Assembly: GCA_937889065.1 (NCBI GenBank) | Contig: CALAQA010000103.1 | Location: 1 to 41,539, forward strand | Direction: 5' to 3' | Origin: an uncultured Alistipes sp. | GTDB taxonomy: Bacteria > Bacteroidota > Bacteroidia > Bacteroidales > Rikenellaceae | Length of the DNA: 41,539 bases | In this document: in pieces, positions 18,899 through 26,521 of the stretch | How the letters are laid out: each line of letters opens with the position of its first letter | Position numbering within the stretch: the stretch's first letter is position 1 | Translations under genes and position numbers: made by a program | Notes under the pieces: model-generated | Told to the model about the DNA's origin: nothing | Seen by the model: the letters and a program-made list of their open reading frames with translations, nothing else | Databases searched by the model: none

Positions 18899-19850
18899 AC
18901 AAAAAATAGCGAACTAAAATTTTAACACGTTTCCACAATGAGAGTTGGTCCAACTCATTGAGTTTCGAATAGAAGAATTCGAAATAGAACTTCTCGTCAA
19001 AATAGGGCGACTTGCGGTAGTACTCCCACCAAATATCGAAATTGACGCAATATTTCTTCCAGGGCTTATGACCATTAAAATGCAGATTCCCGCTGCAAAT
19101 CGCCTCGGATAACTCTTCGGCCGTTAGATAGCCTGTTAATTTTTCCGGCTCTCGCATCGCATAATAGAACGTGTAATCTGTCATATTGTATTTGGCCGGC
19201 AAATACAACACACGCTCTCCACACGCCAAATTCAAAATATCCTGGTCTTGATATTTGAGTTTTCGTTTCGCAAGCTCCTTAAATCGTGAAACCAAATCGT
19301 CTTGACGTATTGCACTATTGTTCAAAACGATAAAACCCGATTGCAGATAACGCCCTAACGGCAAACCTTCTACGGATTGAATATATTTTCGACCATCATC
19401 GCCAATATTCAGTCCTAAATCCTTCGTCGCTGCCACATAGTTTTCCCCAAGATCCACTGCGTACAAATCGCTCAAATCCATCCGAAAAACAATATCTGCA
19501 TCGGCATAGATTACCTTATCGTATTCCGGTATCAATTCAGGAATAAGCAACCGGTAGTAAGCAGGAGTTGTGATACCTCGTATTTCAAATGCATTATCAA
19601 ACAAATCACCAACTGTCCGATACTGAATTCGGCAATTGGGGTAGTGTTTGGGCAACTTATTCAACTCTTCCTTCCGCAAGTTCTCCTTTTCAGAATGCAG
19701 AATAAAGATATCGTAAAAGGTATCCGGTTGGGCATTCATCATCAATGACGACAAACAGACACACGCCGGCATCACCAAATTATTGTCGAAAGCAAAAGCT
19801 ATGGGAATGATTTTCATAACCATTTGTGAGTAAGGCTTATTTAGCTCCAA
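18885..19850 (-). CDS. GT8 glycosyltransferase
   Basis: IPIAFAFDNN, AYYRLLIP, KVIYADAD, QSG, DQDILN, HFNG.KPW. Confidence 0.92.
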   Translation of the reverse strand: MELNKPYSQMVMKIIPIAFAFDNNLVMPACVCLSSLMMNAQPDTFYDIFILHSEKENLRKEELNKLPKHYPNCRIQYRTVGDLFDNAFEIRGITTPAYYRLLIPELIPEYDKVIYADADIVFRMDLSDLYAVDLGENYVAATKDLGLNIGDDGRKYIQSVEGLPLGRYLQSGFIVLNNSAIRQDDLVSRFKELAKRKLKYQDQDILNLACGERVLYLPAKYNMTDYTFYYAMREPEKLTGYLTAEELSEAICSGNLHFNGHKPWKKYCVNFDIWWEYYRKSPYFDEKFYFEFFYSKLNELDQLSLWKRVKILVRYFLYGQK

Positions 19851-20826
19851 AAAGCAATCGATATAAACGTTTAGCGTTTATGAAAAAATGCGCTTTTATC
19901 GGGATAGAATCGAACACATTCATCTTTCTTCTGTTTGCTTTAACATATTTCGACGGGAAATTCGTTTCCGGCCTTAAAGCAAAATGCTCGTCTTGATCAA
20001 TTTCTTGACGCTCATACGGAAAATCCAGTGCGGTTGTTCTATCTTGGGCGGCAGAATTATCAGGACAATACAAGCCCGAACCATCAAATCCCCAGTTTCT
20101 AACTTTACTCACAGTGGGAACTACTACATATTTATCTTGAATTGCCGTGTACATTCGCATTGAAACATCTGACAATTTAGACGCTAGAGTCGTTGAAATA
20201 TCTTGTGTCATACAAAATAACACATATTCCCACTGACATCTTTTGGTCATTTTTGCAAAAGGGCTTAACAACATTCGCCTATCTTTGAAAGCGAGACCTC
20301 CTGACATTATGAAACTATCTATATCTTTCAGTTTCGATTTCCAGAAACCAGTTCCCCACATCGGACAACTAAAATTCTCAGTCGTTACATTTGCGCCATT
20401 CTCTACCTTCCACCTTATAGGATAAGAATATCCTGTAACAGCTATGACATTGGGATTATTCTCATAATAATCCAAGCATTTATTCATATACTCGAGAAAA
20501 TTAGGAGAAAACTCCACATCGTCATCAGTTCTGATAAACCGATCGTATCGTGTTAGCACATATTCTCTTATATCTCGAGAGTTAAGAGCCGCACCATAGT
20601 TATGCGAACGTTTTACAACATATAAATTTGCAAATTCGGGAAACGGATTAGACAAATATTCCACTATTCGAGTGTAGCCTTCTTTATATTTTTCCGAAGG
20701 AGGGTAATCTAATGCTACATACACGTCTGTATATTTCGCCCAAGAATTTTTTCGTAGGCTCTCCATCAGTCTAATAAAATGCTTATCTCGGGATAGTGTA
20801 GGGATAATAATTGGAGCGTAATTCAT
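19837..20826 (-). CDS. GT-A fold (GT2-like) glycosyltransferase
   Basis: APIII, FIRTDDD (DxD-like), WGTGFW, SKVRNWGFDGSG; position in the locus. Confidence 0.78.
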   Translation of the reverse strand: MNYAPIIIPTLSRDKHFIRLMESLRKNSWAKYTDVYVALDYPPSEKYKEGYTRIVEYLSNPFPEFANLYVVKRSHNYGAALNSRDIREYVLTRYDRFIRTDDDVEFSPNFLEYMNKCLDYYENNPNVIAVTGYSYPIRWKVENGANVTTENFSCPMWGTGFWKSKLKDIDSFIMSGGLAFKDRRMLLSPFAKMTKRCQWEYVLFCMTQDISTTLASKLSDVSMRMYTAIQDKYVVVPTVSKVRNWGFDGSGLYCPDNSAAQDRTTALDFPYERQEIDQDEHFALRPETNFPSKYVKANRRKMNVFDSIPIKAHFFINAKRLYRLLFGAK

Positions 20827-20834
20827 TTTAGTGT

Positions 20835-22274
20835 TTACATTACTTTGCGCTTCAAAAGCGACAACAACTCTTCCATTTCGCTAAAACGCAACAGGTAGGC
20901 ACCACCGGCATAGACACAGCCACCCGTCACGACACCAACAAACACCTTCATCCACAGCGCAGGCAACAGTTGCGTAACACCCCACACCAAAGCACCCATC
21001 GTCAAACTCAGCAGCAGGATATGCGAAAAATCCTTCATCTGAGCAAAGAAGCCGTAGCCGATCAGTTTCTTGGTGTAGTAGGTATTCAAACCAAGACTTA
21101 TCCATCCTCCGACCACACGTCCCAGACACATCACAACCAGGCCGAAGGGCAGTGTGACACACAGAATCGTCACGCCCAAAAATTTCTTCCAGACCTCCAG
21201 TTTCAGGAAGTAATCCGAACGGCCCATCACTGTTAATAAATTCAGGTTAATGGCGTGGATTGGGTACAACATATAGCTAAAACAGATAATCTGCAACAGC
21301 ACAATTGCACCCGCCCATTTTTCCGTCAGAATCCAACGAATCAAAGGATCGGCAATGGAGGCCAACCCCACCATCAGCGGAAAGATAATGAAAGCCGAGA
21401 CCCGCAAAAAGCGTTTGTAGGCATCCGCCAAGCGTTGCTCCTCGTTCTGAATGGTACTCAACACGGGGAAGGTGACATTTTGCATCACGCCTGTGATGTT
21501 GGAGGAGGGCATCTGCGCAAAAGAGTCAGCCTTGGCAAACAGTCCCAACTGCGCCGAGGAGAAGGCCTTACCGATGACGAGCGTATAGATGTTGTTATAC
21601 AGCGTATCGAGCAGGCCCGACGCCAACAGTTTCGAGCCGAACGAAAAGAGCTCCTTAAACGACCGTTTCGAGAAGACTCGTTTAGGCATCCAACGCACAA
21701 AGCCCCACAACAAAGCACTACGGAGCAACGATTGCAGTACCGCCTGCGTCACCAAGGCCCACACACCATAGCCGTTGTAGGCCATCCAAAGGGTTACACT
21801 GCCGGTGATGAGGATGGTTAAGACCGATATTTTGGCGCGTGTCTTAAAGTCAATAGCAATGGAGAGCTGTGCACTCTGAATACCCGACAGGGCATTGAAA
21901 ATCAACGTCAGACCGACCACCTTTGTCACCGTCTCCAGCAACGGTTCATCGTAAAAATCGGCAATAAGCGGCGAAGCAAACCACAAGAGAATATAGAGAA
22001 AGACGGCAACCGCAATGTTGAAATAAAAGACGGTCGAGAAGTCCTCCTCAGTGCGGTCGATTTTACGAATCAGCGCAGCGCCAAAGCCACTGTCGATGAA
22101 GGTTTGCGATACAGCCAGGAAGATACCCAGCATTGCAATGATACCAAAATCCTCCGGCAACAACAAACGGGCAATCAGAATGCTGAAGACAAACTGAATG
22201 CCTTGCGAAGAGAAGCGGTCCACCGCACTCCAAATCACACCTGAAACGGTTTTTTGTTTAAGTGATTCTGCCAT
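20835..22274 (-). CDS. wzx: Repeat-unit flippase
   Basis: SLKQKTVSGVIWS, ARLL.PEDFG, DSGFG.ALI, FGSKLL; about 12-14 TM. Confidence 0.93.
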   Translation of the reverse strand: MAESLKQKTVSGVIWSAVDRFSSQGIQFVFSILIARLLLPEDFGIIAMLGIFLAVSQTFIDSGFGAALIRKIDRTEEDFSTVFYFNIAVAVFLYILLWFASPLIADFYDEPLLETVTKVVGLTLIFNALSGIQSAQLSIAIDFKTRAKISVLTILITGSVTLWMAYNGYGVWALVTQAVLQSLLRSALLWGFVRWMPKRVFSKRSFKELFSFGSKLLASGLLDTLYNNIYTLVIGKAFSSAQLGLFAKADSFAQMPSSNITGVMQNVTFPVLSTIQNEEQRLADAYKRFLRVSAFIIFPLMVGLASIADPLIRWILTEKWAGAIVLLQIICFSYMLYPIHAINLNLLTVMGRSDYFLKLEVWKKFLGVTILCVTLPFGLVVMCLGRVVGGWISLGLNTYYTKKLIGYGFFAQMKDFSHILLLSLTMGALVWGVTQLLPALWMKVFVGVVTGGCVYAGGAYLLRFSEMEELLSLLKRKVM

Positions 22275-22278
22275 TGGG

Positions 22279-22722
22279 TTAGTGGTTGCGGGAGAAGAGG
22301 CGGTGCCAGAGGGAGCGGGGTTGGGGTTTGGCGGGGGCGTGGTCGGCGCCGACCGAGCGCAGGTAGCTGTCGTAGCTCATTCGGCGGTGGACAAGCTCGT
22401 AAATCACCCCCCAATCGGGCAGGCCGCCCACGTTGCGGTCATCGATGAAGAGGTCGGCCTGCAGCTTGCGGCAGCGGATGGCCGTGCGGTCCTGCTCCTC
22501 GTCGGGGAAGTTGCTATTAACGGCAAAAAACTCCACACCTCGCTCGGCGCAGAAACGAATGGCATCGTCCAACAATTCGCCCTCGCGGACCGACCACAAA
22601 ATCAGGCGGTGACCCTCCTCCTGCAACCGTTTCAACGTGGCGGTGGCGAAGGGTATCTCACGCCCGATTTCGGGGTACTTATGTTCGACGATCGTGCCGT
22701 CGAAATCTACTGCAATTATCAT
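22279..22722 (-). CDS. Small HAD-superfamily phosphatase (BT0820-like)
   Basis: Motif I IAVDFDGT, motif II LWSVR, RKL.AD.FIDD. Likely start MIIAVD at 22722. Confidence 0.88.
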   Translation of the reverse strand: MIIAVDFDGTIVEHKYPEIGREIPFATATLKRLQEEGHRLILWSVREGELLDDAIRFCAERGVEFFAVNSNFPDEEQDRTAIRCRKLQADLFIDDRNVGGLPDWGVIYELVHRRMSYDSYLRSVGADHAPAKPQPRSLWHRLFSRNH

Positions 22723-22820
22723 CTTTCGGGTGTTAATGGGGAACAACTACGTTGTTCGAATGGTGCAAATCGAGGTCGCAAAAGGGGTTGTTTTGAAGCC
22801 CAACACAGTGAGTTAGGTAT

Positions 22821-22871
22821 ATAATTCGGGGGCTTTGCAAACCACCAAACAAACTGATTTGCAATCAATTA
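22821..22871 (-). repeat. Leader element copy B (direct repeat of 11375-11425)
   Basis: See copy A; lies at the same distance (about 61-63 nt) from a TATATTTG box. Confidence 0.75.
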
Positions 22872-22932
22872 AGATTTTCGTTTCGACTTTTTCCATCCAC
22901 AAGCCGACTTGGCGGAGTGGTTTGGGGTGTTG

Positions 22933-22963
22933 CAAATATAGTCAAATATGCGAACAAATGAAA
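22933..22963 (-). promoter_or_regulatory. Bacteroidota sigma-A-type promoter for capsule unit 1
   Basis: -7 box TATATTTG (22940-22933); TTTC 19 nt upstream. Confidence 0.65.
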
Positions 22964-23372
22964 GAAAATTGGACAATTTTATGGGAGAATTCGAACAGCA
23001 CATCATCGACCACCACTCTTCGAGTCTTTGTAAAATCACCTACTCAACGCTTGGAACTTTGCTTTTATTTTTCTAATTTTGTATCGTCCATTATTGGGCT
23101 ACATACATATTGATAGTGAAAGTGTTTCGCTAATCCTTGCTGATAAAATTTGGCGATTTTAAGTAAGCAAACGGGGATAACGACAACTCTTCCACCTGCT
23201 ATAGGTATACATTATGCAGTCGCTACAATGATACCTCAACAGGTGTGGTGTTGTAGCGTCTGTTCGTTTGCGGGTCTCGCCAAATTCCCTTCAGCAGATA
23301 GACGATCTCGACTCCACACTTTCTTTTTACACACCAAGCAACCGCACAGGAGTCGATGCAACCATTAATGTT

Positions 23373-25133
23373 ATGAAGCATAGACTTTTAGCGTGGAGCC
23401 AAAAGATTGTCAGTCCTATTGCCGAAAATCCGGTATTTTTTATTTTCACCGCCATCATCCTATACTTACCGACATTGATTTATGGGATTACGAATTTCAG
23501 CAACTGGCTGCGCAGTTACGGCATTTTAGCTATGCCGATTATTTGCATTGTTGCCTACACCCTAGCCACTATGGCACAGTTGAGCGGAAGACACAAGAGA
23601 AGCATAAAAGCAATTACATACACACTTTTGTACTTTCTTTCAGCAATTGAAATCTTCTTAATCGTACAATTTTCAACTCTAATATCACCATTAACTCTTC
23701 GTTTGCTATCCGAAACAAACCCCACCGAAACCTATAATTTTTTCATCACTTTTATCACCAACCGAAATACCGGATTTATCATTTGCATTTTCGGACTTAT
23801 TGCCTTCGTAAATTACCATTGCGAAATACACATAAAGAGTTTTTCTTTTTCTCAGAAAATCACACCAATAATCAGTTGCATTATCATCTGCGCTGGTGCA
23901 GTACAACTTTGCCGGGATTACCGATTCACTAGACATCTACTGAAAGATGACATCAATCAAGTAGCAAATATAAAAGGCAGATACAAAACACAATACACAA
24001 GCCTCGGAAGGCTCCTTTTTTCTTGTCGCATTTTCCAACTTTCATTCAACGACATTGACAATCTTGCTGCAACGCTCGAACAACACACTCCTGCCATATG
24101 CCCACAACCAATCAACAATGTTATATTGATAATTGGAGAATCATTCATTAAACACCATTCATCGTTGTATGGTTATAGACTTGACACCAATCCATTACTC
24201 TATAAAGAGTGTCAAACTAAAAATTTAGCCATATTTAACGATGTCATAACATCCCATAACGCAACTTCAGATATTATGAAGCGCTTATTCTCGTTTTCAA
24301 ATCAGGATAGCGACGCATACTGGACGACATATAGTATGTTCCCGAAAACATTCATCAGCGCTGGATATAAGTCCTATTTCTTAAGTAATCAAGAAGCGAA
24401 ATTAACGGCTAATACCTGGGATTTTGCAAACACATTCCTTATATCCCCTAAAGTTGTCAAAAATTTATTTCATTGGCAAAACGAAAGATATTATAAGTAT
24501 GATTCTGAATTGATTGAAAAACACCTCGATTGGTTGTGCACCGCAACAAAAACGCCAAAACTATTGACTATTCACCTTATAGGACAACATGTTGGATTTG
24601 CAGAACGGTACGACCATTCGAACGCCCGATTCACAACAAACGAATACGAATATCGCCAGGACTTAAACTCATACCAAAAAGAGTGCGTCATGCATTATGA
24701 TAACGCAACTGTGTATAATGATCAAATTGTACACTCGATAATTGAACGATTCAAGAACGAAGAGGCTATAATAATATATTTATCTGACCACGGTGAAGAG
24801 GTGTTTGACTATAGAAATCATATGGGTAGAGGACTAAATACAAACATCAGCGCAAATGAAGCAAAATATCAGTTTGAAATACCATTTATGATCTGGATGT
24901 CAGACAAGTACAAACAGAACCGGCCGGATATGGTTGCTCGAATTGAGCGCTCCGTTGACAGGCCCTACATGATTGATGACCTACCCCATTTAATGCTTGA
25001 TTTGGCGGGTATCGAATGTGAATGGTTTGACCCGACGCGTAGTATCATAAACGACAAATTCAATGCAAAACGCAAACGATTACTACTCGATTCAAAACAA
25101 GACTATGACGAAATTATGAAGGGTGCAAAATAA
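23373..25133 (+). CDS. Phosphoethanolamine transferase (EptA/CptA-like, sulfatase fold)
   Basis: About 5 N-terminal TMs (..LSETNPTE..F), VILIIGES, putative catalytic Thr in SHNATS, HL.GQH, YDN, YLSDHGE. Start MKHRLL at 23373. Confidence 0.9.
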   Translation: MKHRLLAWSQKIVSPIAENPVFFIFTAIILYLPTLIYGITNFSNWLRSYGILAMPIICIVAYTLATMAQLSGRHKRSIKAITYTLLYFLSAIEIFLIVQFSTLISPLTLRLLSETNPTETYNFFITFITNRNTGFIICIFGLIAFVNYHCEIHIKSFSFSQKITPIISCIIICAGAVQLCRDYRFTRHLLKDDINQVANIKGRYKTQYTSLGRLLFSCRIFQLSFNDIDNLAATLEQHTPAICPQPINNVILIIGESFIKHHSSLYGYRLDTNPLLYKECQTKNLAIFNDVITSHNATSDIMKRLFSFSNQDSDAYWTTYSMFPKTFISAGYKSYFLSNQEAKLTANTWDFANTFLISPKVVKNLFHWQNERYYKYDSELIEKHLDWLCTATKTPKLLTIHLIGQHVGFAERYDHSNARFTTNEYEYRQDLNSYQKECVMHYDNATVYNDQIVHSIIERFKNEEAIIIYLSDHGEEVFDYRNHMGRGLNTNISANEAKYQFEIPFMIWMSDKYKQNRPDMVARIERSVDRPYMIDDLPHLMLDLAGIECEWFDPTRSIINDKFNAKRKRLLLDSKQDYDEIMKGAK

Positions 25134-25171
25134 ACCAACTTTCAATTCGTAAGTATAGGCAAAATAGACAC

Positions 25172-25205
25172 AAAAAAAACGGCCCACCGAGGTGAGCCGT
25201 TTTTT
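25172..25205. terminator. Bidirectional intrinsic terminator
   Basis: A8-CGGCCCACC-ga-GGTGAGCCG-T6 between convergent genes. Confidence 0.88.
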
Positions 25206-25225
25206 CGTGTAATGCGGAGCAAAAC

Positions 25226-25798
25226 CTACTCCTCGACGATACGAATCGAGAGGATCAGATCGCCGGGGCGGATATCGTCGATAACATCCAGACCCTCAAC
25301 CACTTTACCAAAGCAGGTGTGCATACCGTCGAGGTGCTGCGTATTCTGACGATTGTGGCAGATGAAGAACTGCGAGCCGCCCGTATCCTTGCCTCGGTGG
25401 GCCATCGAAAGCACACCGCGATCGTGGTACTGGCGAGGGGCCGAAGTTTCACATTTAATCGTATAGCCCGGGCCGCCTGCACCGTTGCCGATGGGGCATC
25501 CGCCCTGAATTACAAAGTCGGGAATGACACGATGGAATGTCAAACTGTCATAGAAGCGGCTTTCGGCCAGCTTCACAAAGTTGGCGACAGTGCCCGGAGT
25601 CTCCTTCTCGTAGAGCTCGGCCTTCATATCGCCCTTCTCGGTCGAGATAATTGCGTATTTCATAGTCTGATTTGTTTGGTTTTCAAGGGTTTCAACCGCC
25701 TGCTCCAACGCACTATTCTGCTGGCGATCAACAAGCCACCAGGTCATCGTCCCCAGGAGGAGCAAGCCAATGATAAGCAGTACAATTTTGGTCTTCAT
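25226..25798 (-). CDS. Cyclophilin-type peptidyl-prolyl cis-trans isomerase with an N-terminal membrane anchor
   Basis: [38 protein letters not shown]; hydrophobic N-terminus. Confidence 0.93.
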   Translation of the reverse strand: MKTKIVLLIIGLLLLGTMTWWLVDRQQNSALEQAVETLENQTNQTMKYAIISTEKGDMKAELYEKETPGTVANFVKLAESRFYDSLTFHRVIPDFVIQGGCPIGNGAGGPGYTIKCETSAPRQYHDRGVLSMAHRGKDTGGSQFFICHNRQNTQHLDGMHTCFGKVVEGLDVIDDIRPGDLILSIRIVEE

Positions 25799-25804
25799 CG
25801 TCTT

Positions 25805-26119
25805 CTAAAATGTCAAGGTAAGCCGGTAATAATCCGTACTCCACGAAACGCCTTCGTGGTCATCGTCGGCCTCAATGGTAGCATAAAATTTCAGCGTACC
25901 GCCCGGGTAGAGGGTCTGCTGCTGCCCGTTGTGTTCAAACACCACCTCGCTCTTGCTGAAGCGCAGGATGCGCACATCGCAAAAGCCGATAAAGCGAAGA
26001 AGCCGACCCTCGGCCAACTCGAAATCGCCACTCTCGCTCTTCGACCGCTCGTGGCCGCCAATATCCTCGGTGGTGCAGGTGTATTGGTAGGTAAGTCGTA
26101 AAGGTTCGTTTTTGCCCAT
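25805..26119 (-). CDS. Hypothetical protein (~104 aa)
   Basis: ATG at 26119; 6-nt gap to the cyclophilin start suggests an operon; no recognisable motif. Confidence 0.6.
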   Translation of the reverse strand: MGKNEPLRLTYQYTCTTEDIGGHERSKSESGDFELAEGRLLRFIGFCDVRILRFSKSEVVFEHNGQQQTLYPGGTLKFYATIEADDDHEGVSWSTDYYRLTLTF

Positions 26120-26241
26120 AGCGTAATCGGAAATTCGTTCTGACAAATTTAGCGATTATTTTTCAGAACACAAAATTCCACCCATCCAAAAACAAACTAT
26201 ACCCAAAGGGTATCAAAAATCGTAATTTTTTGGCAAAAATG

Positions 26242-26272
26242 TTTGTCGGTCTTAAAAAAAAGATTACTTTTG
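26242..26272 (+). promoter_or_regulatory. Consensus Bacteroidota promoter for the susCD unit
   Basis: TTTG(26242-45), 19-nt spacer, TACTTTTG(26265-72). Confidence 0.8.
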
Positions 26273-26331
26273 TTAAAATTTAGCGACCTATATTTTTAAA
26301 ATTTTTATAAAAACCTAAACCTACTCACTTA

Positions 26332-26502
26332 ATGCAAAAAACCAAAGTATTTGCACGTCTGACTACGTCGTCGGACCGTGGGAGATGCCTAAAGGCATTG
26401 AGCCACAAGAATTTGTGGGGGGGGGTTGAGTATAATCCACGGAGCTCCGCACAGATCCGAATGCTCGTCTCTTCCTCGTTAAAAACGTCAACTAATGTTT
26501 AA
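26332..26502 (+). CDS. Putative 56-aa upstream/leader ORF containing a G9 tract
   Basis: MQKTKVFARLTTSSDRGRCLKALSHKNLWGGVEYNPRSSAQIRMLVSSSLKTSTNV*; AT-rich upstream context; ends 19 nt before the susC ATG. Confidence 0.45.
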   Translation: MQKTKVFARLTTSSDRGRCLKALSHKNLWGGVEYNPRSSAQIRMLVSSSLKTSTNV

Positions 26503-26521
26503 CAGGTAAAGAGATTGAGCC

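Noticed and set aside
22747..23100. Invertible capsule promoter (as in Bacteroides fragilis PS loci)
   Set aside because: I found no clear inverted repeats flanking the promoter, and no recombinase gene nearby.
23150..23372. 72-aa ORF and the 5' extension of the PEtN transferase ORF from 23268
   Set aside because: TTG starts and no protein-like features; the region is better explained as a structured leader.
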